In this document: in pieces, positions 36,510 through 50,472 of the stretch
How positions within the stretch are numbered: the stretch's first letter is position 1
How the letters are laid out: each line of letters starts with the position of its first letter
Origin: Squalus acanthias
Lineage: Eukaryota
DNA length: 64,000 bases
Direction: 5' to 3'
NCBI GenBank assembly: GCA_030390025.1
Contig: CM059440.1
Coordinates: 32,302,001-32,366,000, forward strand
Position numbers and translations under genes: made by a program
The notes under the pieces: generated by a model
What the model was told of the DNA's origin: nothing
Database searches by the model: none
What the model saw: the letters and a program-made list of their open reading frames with translations, nothing else

Positions 36510-37050
36510 AAATGACAGAACTTGATTTGTGGAACATCTTATCACATCATCAAATCTAAAAACACTTCACTCAATTAAATACTTTGGTGTGCGGTGAATG
36601 TTGCACAGTCCAGTCAGTTGTTATTTTGCGTTAAACCAATTTCACCTATCCAATAATTTGAATTAAGCAACATAATTAACACAGCACTAAACAAAAAAAT
36701 CCATTATCAGATCATTTGAAATAGGTAACGTTGAATTAAGAGGAATGAACTGTACAAGCAAATGTGGCAGCCACAACTACCCACAAACGGTTGATCCATT
36801 TTGTTTTTATAGTGTTGATTGAGAGAGCAATGTTGACCAGGACACCAGGAGAGCTACCTGCTCTTCTTTAAAGAACACTATGATCTTAAAATCCACCGGA
36901 AGCACTGGAGCCAGGCAAATGGGACCTCTGTTTAATGTTTCAGCCTCCAACAATTCCTCCCTGAAGTGTCAACCTAGATTGTGGCTCAAGGCTGGTGTGT
37001 GGTTTGATCTCCAAGCCTTCTGACCCAGAAATGGGTGTCTTCCCAACCGA
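36510..37050 (-). mobile_element. Decayed Deu-domain SINE copy
   Basis: gttgaccaggacaccaggagagc..., ggcaaatgggacctctgtttaatgt and gtgtcaacctagatt match the other copies. Confidence 0.6.
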
Positions 37051-40000
37051 TGGCACACACGATGGGGCTCTTCTTGCTTACCAATGGAGACCAATCCCTT
37101 CAATTACAGAAAAGTAGCACATTATTTAATGTCAATTTTGTCTGGCGCTGCATTTGAGATTTTTTTTTTAAACTCAGCTTCTTTTGGAATTTTGTGAGGT
37201 ACTTTAAATCAGCCACAACAAGTAAGGAGTAAAAAATCTGACTTACATGTAGGTTTGAAGGTTATGCCAGCAAAGGCAACAGCAACTTATAATAGTTTTC
37301 CTACTAAACCACTCAACATTGTTTTCAAATTCTTTAGCTGAGAATTGAGGTTTACTCCCACAATTCTTAACTGTCATGATGGCATTGCAGGAGCTGCAAT
37401 TATCTTGTCAGTGCTCTGACTTTTGGTTTGAAGCAAGAGGCTACAGTTACAAGTTACATAATTATCCTCCTTGTATCTGTGAGTGTATATTTGTGACGGA
37501 GAGGATCTGGGGAGAGTTGATGGCCTTATTACCTGCATTTATATGGATAAATAAATACTGGTTGCATTATACCTTTGTCATCTGGACTGTGCTGGAGCTT
37601 TATTTTTCCAGAATGGATTTCAGTGACATTGAACTTACCTTTTACTGTCATTGAATTTAATTTTTCACCATCATGTTCCCAACTGGTAATGTCAAGTTTG
37701 TTGCCTCTAGATTCTTGGTCTACTTTGGGCCTTCTGTCATGATAAAATGAGAATCTTTGTATGTAACTGCAAGTGTGGTGATTTCCAGGGCAACCTTGGG
37801 GAATTATGTAAAACCTATTGCATTTGCTGGAACCACAAAGTGCCCTAATTAAAATTTAATGTTGGTGTTATATTTTATTGTATAAAACAGGATATTGACT
37901 ATTTTAGAGGTTCAATTCCTATTTGTTTTGTGAAAGTAAGAGAGAAGTTCCAAAGCGCATCACAGCCTTTTACTTTTAAAGTGTAGTCACTGTTATGTAG
38001 CACTGCAAATGCGTCAGATAATTTGTGCATGGCAAGATCCCGATAATGCATTTTAATTGCAACACTAACCATTCTCTGGGTCCAACGATTTAAAACCAAT
38101 AGAGCACAGATCAAATGGTTTATTATGATCATCTGAACTGTTAAGTTACATTAAATTATGCAGTGTGGTCTTAATAACATCTGAATATCTCAAGTGTATG
38201 TAGAGATTTTGTTGGTTTGCTTCTACCACTACAAAAATTAACAAACCGCACAAACTTCAATTCTGTCTGTATTATATGGAATAAAGGGCAGGAATGGGCC
38301 TCAAAGATGTATCTCTAGGTTTAGATATTGGCGATCAATCACTTGTTCACTGTTTGGTTTATGAGAATGCCTGAACCCTGCCTCTTTCTACCTCTCTACA
38401 TCATGACTTAACTCCCTTGTAAAATACTGCGGCCTATATGTAGTACACTCCCAGCCATTGTTCATTCAGTATGTAACCCAAACCCTGCTGTTTGTTCTAA
38501 TTGATAGTGTGTTCAGAATTTCCTTATACTGTAATCTTTTGTGAATATCATTTGGTACTGTAATGGAATGATGGTTAACTTCTTTAAAATTATCTGTTGT
38601 ATGAAATGAGCACAAGGGAGTAAGGAATCCAAGAATTTTTTTGGTACTTTCACATTCAAGAACACAAATTCTGGAACAAGAAAAGGCCATTTGGCTCTTC
38701 CAGCCAGCTCGATCGACACTCAATGTATGATTGTTAAGACCGCTGATTTGTGATTTTTATGGCGAAAGAAATCACACATACAATCCCCAAAACACTGATG
38801 CAAATCCATTGTAATAATCATGGAATTTGACTTATTCAGTCAGTGTAAGATGGTGCCCCGTTCTATCATGGACTCCAACCACCACCACCTGTTGATAGCA
38901 ACAGAAGTAGGCCATTTGACCCGTGAAGCCTGCAGCACAAGGATTGCTCTTTCTGAAGGTAGAGATTTAAGGCACTTCAGCCATCGTAGGGACACTTGGA
39001 TTCCAGCTAAACCATGCTGTTCCTCAGCTTGTGCAAGTAATGCTACCCCAGGGGACAGTGAAAAAAACTGTGTAATATTTCACTTTCTCTTCACAGAAAA
39101 GTTTAGAAATCTTTAAAATCTTTAAACCTTTTGTAATGCAAGATGACAGTAGGTAGAAACAATAAGCATTTTAAAAGATCTGGTGCTACTGTAGTGTTTT
39201 GTGTACTTCTCACTTGGAGTCTTGTTCAACAGGGTAAGGAATGAAAAAATTCACATGCTTTAACAATTTCAACATTTAATTGTGGACTTTTTCCCAGAAA
39301 CTGAAACTGTTAGCTGAAACAAGATGTATCAGAAAAGATCTTGCTGTTTATTTAAATGCCTGTTATTGATGTTCTGTTTTTGCATTTTTTTCTTTGTTTC
39401 TTTGTTTTCCCATTTAAAGGATTGGAAAATGAGATTCCAGTAAATGTATATTGATTCACCTTATAATAATGAAATAATTGGGTTATTTGCTAAAGGACTA
39501 TCCTGCAAAGGCAACAAAAGGTCCCGTTTGGTCTGCTCAACATTGGTAGTTGACTGAGAATGCTTTCAAGTTGACATCAAATGTAATATACTTCAGTAGA
39601 AGTCATTATTCCTCCTCGTGGGCATATTTGAAGGATTTCTTGACAAACAACGTGTTCATTTGGTATAATGCTTCACTGATCTTGTTTAAGTAAGAAATGT
39701 GGTTGACCAGAACATTCAAAGAAGTTGACAAGCAAATGTTTTGTTGTGGTTTTTTAGTGACACATTTTCATATCTTTTTCCATCTGGAGGGACTTGGAGA
39801 CGACAACAGTGGTCAGGTGGAATCCAGATGTACCCATCAGCAAAACTGTAGGTGAAGCCTCCATTTTTGTTTTCAATGTTCACTGAATTAAATCGAGAAC
39901 ACTAGATGATGAAGGATGATAAGACAGTAATTTCCTCAAGCAGTTCATATGATCCTTCTACATGCTTGAGAGCAAAGTTCAAGCAGTTTATAATTTGTCA

Positions 40001-41539
40001 TTTGAAGCCCAAGAATCTTTTTTATATTTCTTCTCTGGATATGGGCAATGCTGGCAAGGTTGCAATTATTGCCCATCCCTAGTTACCCTAAGAAGGTAGT
40101 ACAGGACCTTCTCTTTGAACTGCTGCAGCCCTAGTGATGATGCTGTCACAATGGTGTTAGGTAGGGAATTCTTAGATAAGATTCTTCGTCACATTTATCT
40201 GCTATTTTTCTAATGTATACTGTGGTGTTAATGAGGGTAGTTTTATCTTGAATATTTGCAATGGAGTTTGACTGGCAGCAGGTGTCATGGAGGATTTTAG
40301 CTGACTGGTGAATTCCATGTGCTTAACACTTTTGGGGCTGGATTTTCCACACGTTCATTAAGGTCGATGTAAAAGCTGAATATTTAGTAACTATAATTCA
40401 CAACTGATTGCTGGAGGAATAATATAGTTAGTACATATTATAGAAAATCAATCATAGTTAAATGCTTGATAAGTATTTGATAAAGTGATCAAAACCATTT
40501 CCATCATTGCTTTTCAAAGTGCCTTTAGTTTCACTGTTTTCATGGCCCTGTTTACACACACTAAAATATAAGTAGGAATGTGGCAGCAAAGTGTAGTTTC
40601 AATGTATTGTGCCACAAAATGATGGGATATTGGTTCATGTCTGCAATCCCCCCACTCAGAGCCTATGAACTTAGCTGTGCTGCTACAGGGTGATATTACA
40701 CAAGGAATAGAAGGTCTGAAGAAGATTTGTCCCCAGAATGCTCGAGTACATCATGGTAGCCTGTGCAGCGTGGTATTCGTGGGAACATGAGAGCATGACA
40801 CCTGTCTGCTCATCTGACTTCACCTGATGCATGAAGATTTGGGTGAACAGAAGAGAGGGCAAGTGTTATCCTCACACAAATTAGATATTCTGATTTTCCT
40901 ACAATAAAATATCTATCTTTCTGTGTGAAATCCTATTAACTGAAAGTTTCTAAACAAAAAAGTAAATGCTTGTAATAACATTTCTCACCTATTCGTAGCA
41001 CTCGTAGTGAAATGCCACAGACGTCTCTAACTTACTAAACACAGCTGAAGAAATGTTTTTTCCTACATATAATTTATGAAACTGCCTTGAAACTCTTGGT
41101 TCAAGGACTGGCTCTAATTTACTGTTTTAAGGTTGACTGGACTGCTGTAAATTGTCACCAGTTGTTGCTGGATCTGAAGAAGGAAGCAGGGTAACAAGTT
41201 ATTAACTTGACAGGAATGGATTGTGTCAGCAGTATGTTATTCTTCAGGATTGGTCTAAGTGTGGTGGCTTTCTCCAGTGTATCCAGAAAAAAAGTGAAGA
41301 GAGACAATGTTGGCGAACAAAGTTTGTTCATAGAGCAGCCCATTCACTCTGTGCAAAGCTCTGTTGAATAGCGATTCCCAAGGCAATACTCTCATGTTTG
41401 CAAAGATAATAAAAGAACCTTCTAATCGCGTTGCCAGACGCACGGGTATTGAAGAAATTAGGCTGCAAAAGGTCATAAAACCTGTATTAATAAAATGATG
41501 GAGATTGTGGTGTCTGCTATAAATTGTCTAATTTTGTGT

Positions 41540-41975
41540 CTATTTTGTGTGTATTTCACGTAATGAAAACATCCCAGGACATTGCCCAAGGAGATTAGTG
41601 GACAGTTAGGGAGAGTGACTGACTGCATAGTCAAAAAAGTAAATCTTGAGGTTTTTTTAAGCAGGGTTTTAGGAAGAGAATAGCAGAGTGCAGGGGCATA
41701 ATAACTCAGGGATCTGCAATCAATGCTGGAGAAGAGGGAGGGGAGACAAGTCCAGAAGGGTGAAGGTGTGTTCTGGGACATAGGAATGGAAAAGATTTAG
41801 GGTTGAGTGACATTGTAGAGGAAATTGAGGCGATTTGAATGAGGATTTCAGAGTTGATGCGCTGGGGATAGGGGAAGTCGGCGATTGGGTGTACAGGATA
41901 GGATATGGAGTTCTAGATGAGTTGTAACTTGTATAGGTAGAGCTGGTGAAGAGGGTGTTTGAGAAATTAAGCCTA
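41540..41975 (-). mobile_element. Decayed L2-like 3' fragment
   Basis: Purine-rich. cacgtaatgaaaacatcccagg and gatttgaatgaggattt resemble the L2 end at 53.0-53.4 kb. Confidence 0.45.
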
Positions 41976-43797
41976 TTAAATTTGGGGTAAAGATGATATG
42001 TCCCATGAATCTATTTGTGGAGGTTATGGGAATCCTAAATTGTCAAATTGTGGCTGTATATTTAAGAAAAAAGAAATCCATTATCTTTATTGTTTTCTCT
42101 CGTTAGCCATCTGCATTCACATTGGCAATAGTGAACAGGATGAGGATGCCTAGTCTAGTGGGGTTTAGGAACACCAAGATTTTGAGGGCTATTCTGCAGT
42201 GAATTCCCCAATACAATCGCTATCCCATAGATATGTGGCAGAGACTTGAAGGTAGGCAAGGGAAAATGTCAGTGCATGTATTCCTACATGGTTGTTATGT
42301 TGTTGAGTCTTTTGAAATCTGCTTACCCTAGGTTATTTTGATTCTTGTATCTTACATCACACTAATGGGTGGGTCCCAAGGCCCTATGCCTCTGAGAGCG
42401 TGCATCCTTTTCTTGAGATCTTGGTCAGAATAATGAATAGCAAATCCTAGTAATGGCTAGAAGATACTGCACTACTTATGCCTCCATAACAATTCACATC
42501 ACTGGTAAAGTATCACATCGGACCTTGCTTTCAAGTTGAAGATATCAAGTCAGTTTGTAAAATAAATAATTTACAGATGAACAGTCTAACAGCAATAGTT
42601 ACATGTTTACTGTAGATTACTTACAGCATGCACTTTTATAGATAACTTGTATGAACATAGTCCTCTTTCTTAACCTCTTCTGACTAGTCTATGTATTTTT
42701 ATCTTGTGAAGCTTATAATCGGTTTGACGACATTCTGATAATTTAACTCTATTCAGTTTATTGATCGGGTCCAGCTGTTTAAATAACTTTTCACTTGTTG
42801 TAGCATGTTTGAATTTTTCATAGCTCATAATTGTATTCAGAATAATTGGCTGTTATGCATTAAACTGAGCAAATCACACCATCTGTATCTGTTCAAAGTT
42901 AACCTGGTTCCTTCCCTCAAACTTTGCAGCATATGTATCAAAAACTTTGATGATTTGTAAAAACTACTTATGTACAATGACTGGATGTAAAGAAATTGCT
43001 ACTAACTAAAACCAGATAAAAATCTTATCTTTTTGTCACAATGGCAAAGTGGTGCCCTTTGTGTTCTGAGTGTAGTTGCGTCAGCCTAGGTACAGGTTAC
43101 CATTGATGCTCTCAAGATCTGTTTTATTTTAATGGGCCTTTGCATAAAATTGTGACAATGGTATTTCAAATACAGTAAAATTCTGGCAATATTCTTAACA
43201 TTTCTTTCTAGACCCTGTGGAGAAACTGTTGTGAAACTTAATACATGTGGTTTTCTAAACTAGGCAAATAATATATTTATTTTAAGTGCTTTCTATATGT
43301 ATTCATAACTATATCTGAATATTTATGGGATATAAATATCTCACGAGCATTGATAGATCTTGGTGCAATATTAATGAGTCGTAATCGCGAAGTTGATTTT
43401 GACTCTGAGCCAATAAAGGTTGTGTTCTCACTTCTGTCTCTCATATTATGTAACATTCCTTCTGTATTTCTGTCTGCCTGCCTGATTTTCTTTTACCTAC
43501 CTTGGACCCTCATCCTTTCTCCCACTAATCTCTTAAATTCATGTGTCTGAATAGCAGCAAATGAAAGGCACTACAAATGAACTGGACGCTGTGTGACTAT
43601 TCTGCATCAAGTGTTAATGAAATTCTGGCTTCCATATTTGCTCACGAGTAACAATGATTGCACTTCAGAAGTAATTCTTTAGATGCGAAACACTTTGGGA
43701 CACCCTGAGGACATGATAAATACACTTTTTAGATTAGTGTACTTTCTCTGATGCTACTTGATTGGAATTGTACTAAATGTTCTCATTTCATTGACAG

Positions 43798-43873
43798 CAT
43801 AAACAACAAACTGCAGCAGCCTGAGGCAGCCGCTGGGGTCCTGGAATATGCCATGAAACACTATGGGGAGCTG
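43798..43873 (+). CDS. MTOR: Serine/threonine kinase mTOR internal exon (FAT domain; about human exon 29)
   Basis: ttgacAG acceptor, GTAGGT donor. 76 nt. (S)INNKLQQPEAAAGVLEYAMKHYGEL. Confidence 0.97.
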
Positions 43874-44220
43874 GTAGGTACTCTCAATACCTTGCTCTGA
43901 TAAGAATGTCAAAACTATTTAAGTTTATCCTTAAAAACAAAAATGTTTTCTTCCTGTGAGGAAGTGCCAGGTCTTCACTTGGCAACATGCCCACAGTGGT
44001 ATGATTGGAATCAGGGGCTCACTGTATGGGGAGTTGCAGGCGTAGGCTCTCCATGCTCATGTCTCCCATGTTCCAGCACTTCTGAGAGCACCTCTTGAGC
44101 AAGGGATTGCAGCCCTCTACAAGAAGTTAGTGAGCAACTACATTAGTAATGCACTGTTTGACCTGAGACCTCGTTTTGTAATGCAAACTCTTCAATGCAT
44201 AGAGCGCCCCTGTAAATAAT

Positions 44221-44975
44221 GGCCCAGAAATTCGCCCCTCAGGCTTGCCGCGGGGGTAAGGATCGCGCGCGCACTTACCTACCGCGTCTGCCGTTCTGCT
44301 TCTGGCCCACGGGGACTTCAGCTCCTGGGCCTGCCCCAACTGCCGGCGCGCAGTGCTTGCGTGTCCCAGGGGCGCAGTTAGTGCGATGCGTCCCCTGGGA
44401 TCACGTGGGCCATGGAGAGCCAATGGCAGCAGACCATCTTTCATTCATAGATTTGACAGGAAGACCTGTCAAATCTATGAATTGAAATCGGCCCCAAAAC
44501 AACAGCTAAACTTCAAATAATTTTTTTTTAAAAACCATCACATTTATAAAATAACTAAGTTAAATAAATTAACTACTTTAAACAAAAATTTAAATTTTTG
44601 AAAAAATTAAAATACATTTTAACAGTGCTAAAAATAAACTTATCTTTCTTTAAAGTATCTAAAAAAGATAAACCTGTTGAAAAAAATTTTAAATTATAAT
44701 TAATTAACCACTTACCTTGTTGAAAACGGGTCCTGCGCCTCCTTTTTAAAAGCACAGGTTCTTCAATACTTACCCTCCCGGAGAAACCTGGAAAAAAAAC
44801 CTAAGTTTGCTGCGTGCGCGCAGCCTCTACCGCACACGCGGTTCACCTCTGAACCGCTCCCTTCACGAGACCGGAAGTTCCGGTTTCCCGCGCATGCAGG
44901 AAACCAGCACTTCAGGAGGCCTTACGGGTGAGTACACAGTGCGTCCTCACCCGGCAAGTGTCGAATTTTTGGCCC
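44221..44975. mobile_element. Non-autonomous TIR DNA transposon (PIF/Harbinger superfamily-like) with AAT TSD
   Basis: AAT|ggcccagaaattcg ... cgaatttttggccc|AAT. CpG-rich ends, very AT-rich centre, internal 18-bp perfect hairpin. Confidence 0.82.
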
Positions 44976-45989
44976 AATATGCACAAATCTGTGTTGGTAC
45001 AGTAGCAACCTGCCAGAGTCCTCGAACGGGAAAATATGACTAATGGACTTTTGGCAGTACTTGAGTAGAATTGTTGGCACTTATCTGTCAGCAGCAATTC
45101 TCCACTACTGCTAAATCTCCTCATCTACTGACAGTGCAGTACTTTGTTTCCCTGACCATATGAAGCAGTGTTGGCTCATTTTTCATTTGTCTGTAATGAA
45201 AATAATTTTAGGATTAATATAATCTGGAATGAAACTCAACAGCCATGTTTTTATCAGCCGTTCTATTTTGTTCCGGCTGCTGCAGGTCACGAAGGAGTTT
45301 TCTTAAACTTGTAAAACACGGCTTGATGCAATTATGTGCGGTAACATTGTTCCAGATTTAAGACTATTTAACGATTACTAGTCAATCGCTGTGGTCTTGC
45401 TCACCGTTAGTCAGAGGAAGCGGTATGGCTTTTTAGCTGTCTTTGTTGTAACAGGTTGAGAGAAGTTATAGAGCCACTTCTGGAGCAAACAAGAATAACA
45501 GGCATTCTGACAATTAGAGGTAATAGTGCCATCCTCTAGAGCAAGTAAGAATATCACACGTTACCATTGAAAGATTACCCATTGATTTCAATGAACTGGT
45601 GGCACAATGACAAATGAGAAAAATTCAAGGGTGTTATTATTATTGATTATATTATAGAAATATCCATTTTTTAGCTAAAGCAGCAAAACTTTTTTTTTTA
45701 AATCATCTCCATCCTATTCAGAAAAGTTCCACTGATCTGCCATAGTGCAGATTTCTGCTATTTGTTCTGCAATGGTGAAATTCTTCATCGCAAATTCTGC
45801 AATTAACAATTTGAAGAAGCATTCCATAAAATTCCATTGTTGCTAAACGGAATGGAACCCTGTATTTTCAAGTAAACGCCGTCTCCTCTCGCTTCCCACC
45901 CCCCCTAAAAAAAAAAATTTTTTTTTAAAAATGTCAAACCCTGAATAGAGACAATGTCCAATGTGTTACATACTAGGTTGCGGCATCTT

Positions 45990-46132
45990 AAATAAAAACA
46001 GAAAATACTGGAAATACACCACAGACCTGTCGGCATCTGAAAACACTAGAAACCTTAATCTGTTTTTTTTTTCTCGTTTTAGATGCTGATAAACATGCTG
46101 TGTGTTTCCAGCATTTTTTGTTTATATTTCAG
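45990..46132. repeat. Palindromic Penelope-terminus-derived repeat (degenerate copy)
   Basis: aaacagaaaatactggaaatacac...gtgtgtttccagcattttttgttt inverted arms. Confidence 0.65.
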
Positions 46133-47539
46133 ATTTTTTTTTATCTATTCAGCATTACTTTCAGTGACATTAAAAAAAAAGTGACTCAATCCATCCTACC
46201 ATTTAAGAGTTCCAGCAAACAGGTCTGGTTCTAGAATGATCCAAGTAATGAACTTAACTCCTCATAGAACCATAGTCCAATATAATTGTACCAAGGGACA
46301 GGTTAAAATATGAAGAACAGTTGGTGAATGTTTCTGCAGCCTTCCCAGCGTGTTGCAGACACTCCAGAGTTACACCTGTGCAACTGGACCATTCCTCATC
46401 TGAATGCCCTTACCTATATCTGTCCCTAACTCTTCCTTTAACGTGGCTAGAGTCCAGTATTGTGTAACAGAATATTCATTTTTTTAAAAAAGGAAGTCAA
46501 TTAAAGGAGAATTTGCCCTGAGCGATTGTGTTGACATTTTTGCACTGTTGGAATGGTGCATTTTCTATGTGGCAGAAAAGTAATGTGTTATCTCCTGGTT
46601 ACTTAACTGGTTCCAATTGTATTCTGTGGAACCTGCCACTCCATATTGCAGTATATCATTACAGAATATGATGGGAGAGCCATCTGTTTCTTAGAGCATG
46701 GAAATGTCTTCAGGCCTCGGATATTTAAGTCAATTCTTACAAAAATAAATCCCCATTATAATTTTACAAAGTGCCATTCTTACAGAAGGATGGTAAAGCA
46801 AATTCAGTACCGGAAAAGTGACAGAATAAATCAGGAAACATGAAGTCTTTTGCAGGAAAATTTACAGTAACTAAATAAACAAGTTTTATTAACAGAGGTG
46901 TGTATTCTCCAGCAAATTAGGGTATCTGGAATTTAGAAAAATAATACTATGTGATATTTTTTTTACCGCTTTCCAAAAGGAGTTGGGAAAAGTTCCCATC
47001 ATCCGCCCTGTGGCCATTGGCTGCAGTCTAGTACTAGTTACAGAGCAGACAGGCTGCACAAAGATGGGCTGTGTCTGTTTTTTTATAAGGATCAGGTTTC
47101 TCATTTGAGGATATCTGTGTGCTGAGGTCATGTATAAGTAAGCACCCATGCGGTGTCAACAAATTACCACGCACTTAAAAATTTGAAGGCGCTGGAGTAC
47201 TTTGCTAGTAAATAATAAAGGTAGGAAAGTTAATTCATTCAATTTAGTTTGAGGTTTGCAGATTATATACATATAATGATTCTCTAGGTTCTATGATCCA
47301 TGCTTTGCCAGTAATAAGACCCTTCAACTGTCCGTAAGGGCTATTGGGCTTCACTCTTCGATACTTTTGTTGCTGTCGCGCAACCATGTCAAATGCATAG
47401 TTTTGTAAACCAACTTAGGAACTTTAGTGTAGGACCCGGCACAGTGAATGATGTATACTTCTTGTTACATAAGCCTTATGTTTTGTTTTGTTTTGTTCCC
47501 CTCTATTACCATGAAGAGTAGCATTCTCTGTGTTTTGCG

Positions 47540-47865
47540 TGAGGCGGTGGGGACCCGGACCCAGTGTAAGTCAGCGAGGACAGGAGTGTAATGGGGCTTG
47601 GAGCGGGCTAGGACACAACTGAGGTTTATGGAAAATGAAAGATGGGTGGCTGGCCCCAAAAGCATAGGAGCAAACGAGTCTGGGGGTGACAGAGGCATGG
47701 ATGTGGGTTTCAGCAGCAGATTGGCTAAGATGGGGTAGAGGCAGGCAATGTTACAAATGTGGATGTAGGCAGTCTTTGTGATGGAGAGTATTTGAATTCG
47801 GAAGCTCGTCTCGAGGTCAAATAGGAGGGGAAGGTTGCAAACAGTCTGGTTCAGCCTGAGACAAT
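47540..47865 (-). mobile_element. L2-type LINE fragment
   Basis: Minus ORF includes LNQTVCNL...FDLETSFRIQILSITKTAY and TPVLADLHW. Confidence 0.75.
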
Positions 47866-50332
47866 CTGCATATTGCATTATACTTCCTCTACACTGCTAC
47901 TCTTTTTAAAGCATTATTCCATCTTCTGTTGTTTGGTATACAGGTGCTGATGTATGGTGGTTTGAATGTTATGGCCATCTGTTCTTTTTGCAGCACGCAG
48001 TTGCTGTCCTTTTTGCAGACCTGCAGAACTTGGGGCTATATATAACTTTTGTGCAAATGTAATTATTAAAATTACTACCTGAGACAGGTGAATAAATCAG
48101 CATTCACCATTCATAGTACTTCACTGTAGAGACATCTTGTCCTTTATATTGTTCTGTAAAGTTGTCACAACCTAAAATCAAATAGTAATTGGTGTGGGTT
48201 AAAGACTATGGTAATAACAAACTCTCCTCCCCCAGGCATCAGATTCCAGTGGAGCTGTAACATTCAACACAGAAATCAAAACCATTTTGGCAAGCACAAC
48301 CTCACCACCTATTGTATTCTTTTACACAGAAAGTCACGCTAGATTGACCTGCAGTTAGGTCATTTAACTTCTTCACTCAGTGAATGGGGTAGAGCAGGTG
48401 TGAGGTCATCGTAGGGTAGTGTCAGATGATCTTTAAACGTTCGCTTGTCAGTTCTGCAAAGTTTTAAAAAAAAACTCATCATCCTTAAATGAATTTAATA
48501 GAAGAGAAAAGGGTTACCTTTATGCCACAATTCTGCAAGTCATCAGTCAGCAATTGTAACAAAAATGTTTCTGCTGTCAGATTAATAAATGAAAGAGGCC
48601 GTGACTGAAAGGTACTTTGGCCACATTATATTGTTGAATTGCCTCACATCCCGCTCTGGAGCTTGTTAAAAGTGCTATAGCTCTTGGAAGGGCTCCAAAA
48701 CCCAAAGGCAAACTGCATGAATCTAATGTGGTGGTTTTTTTTTTCATTCTGTGTCATTCCCTAAACAACTGGCAATCTTGAAGGGCTGAATGGTCCTTTT
48801 CTCATTCCTATCATGTCCCCTTATAGAAATGATGCATTATACACTACCACATTGCCAGTATTGTATTGATGTGAAACCCATAGTCAGAGTGGCCAATCTG
48901 CTTAGCAGCTGTGCTGTCAAGTTTACTATGGAGGAATTATTAGATTCACACCTCCACAGCCCTGTCGGTGTTGTTGGGGTATTATCAGAATCTGCTTTTT
49001 TTATTGGTTCTAATGCCATAGAAGTGCTGCTGGCTCCCATCGCATCGGTCTCACGCCACCAGAAGCAGCACTGAAGTAAACCAGCTGAATTTGGTCAAGT
49101 ATCAGGAATCTCACCTTTTTTTGATTTGACAAAGTCTGAGCTTGTGGAGCCCTGTGCGCTTCACTCTAGGAACGCCCCATCAACACTGTCCAGTTTGTGC
49201 AGGTTGCAGAGAAACTTGTATATTTATTGCACCTTATCATGTGCTCAAGACATCCCAAAACACTTTACAACCAAAGAATTACATTTGAAGTACAGTCAGT
49301 GATGTGGGCAAATGGTCACTATTAAATCTATAGGGAATGCGTTGTGTAATTAAATATACTCTTTTGAAGTTGAAGGGAAATTTTGCACACAATTGGTGAG
49401 CCAAATCTTTTTGAACATGCATTACATCATTGGGTATGATAACACATGACATCATTGCAAATGAGCTGCGAACAGCTAATGGCCCCTGTGCTGGGAAAGA
49501 CAATATGTGCAGCCCATGTTCTCACAGTAGGAGGCACTTCAGATAAACTATTTTTGTATAAACAAGCAGGAAGATGTGTAAAAACATTCAAATGTTTTTA
49601 TAGTTTACAGTTAATGAAATGGGAGTTCTAACACCTCTCTCTCATCATCTTGTGCTGGAACGAGAGAGGCTTGTTTCAGACATCCTGTAAACAGAACATG
49701 AAGGGTATGTGATGGGCGATCCAGTTTAACTAAATACTTATTAAAACTTACTGGCTTCTGTTTGGACTTTCAAGTGTGTTTTATAAATAAAAGATAAACT
49801 ACTATAGCAGTGTGAGAAAGGTGAAAATTCAACTTTTAAATTAGTTTTGCAAGCATCCTAGTTTAAGTTGTTTATTCAGGAATTACAATATGGTGATAAA
49901 CTCTGTGTATGTGTGAGGGGCTAGGGGTTTAATTGACACAAACGTTACTCGTTTGTCCAGCGGTTTTTGTGATCTATTAGTGGTATACAACACCTTTCCC
50001 TGGCATTCTGATATCTGTACAAGTTTGTGCTCTGAGATAGTACAATCCTTGGCTTATACACAAGTCTGATATCAGAGCTAAGCTTAGGATTTTATCAAAG
50101 CATAAATTTTACGATCATTGAAATCCATGAGAAAAACAAATCGGTCCTAAATGAGGCTTGTACTCATTTAAAATGTATTTCCCCATCTAAGGGAATGCCA
50201 AAGTTGCAATGCATAATAGGTAATATGTGACCATATTAACACGCACATGTTTTGGAGGATAACCATCTGCAGATATCAGGAATGTACTGTAAGCTACACT
50301 TTTTTAACTATATTTTGGGGCATGTTTTATAG

Positions 50333-50472
50333 GAGATCCAAGCAACATGGTATGAGAAACTTCACGAATGGGAAGATGCTTTGGTTGCATATGACAAGAA
50401 GATGGACATGAACAAGGATGATCCAGAGCTCGTCCTTGGACGAATGCGCTGCTTGGAGGCACTTGGCGAATG
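50333..50472 (+). CDS. MTOR: mTOR internal exon (FAT domain; about human exon 30)
   Basis: ttttatAG acceptor, GTGAGT donor. 140 nt. [46 protein letters not shown](W). In phase with the previous exon. Confidence 0.98.

Noticed and set aside
41150-41480. Unique-looking segment with short ORFs as a hidden exon or gene
   Set aside because: No homology or consistent splice phases. It may be regulatory, but nothing in the sequence supports a call.
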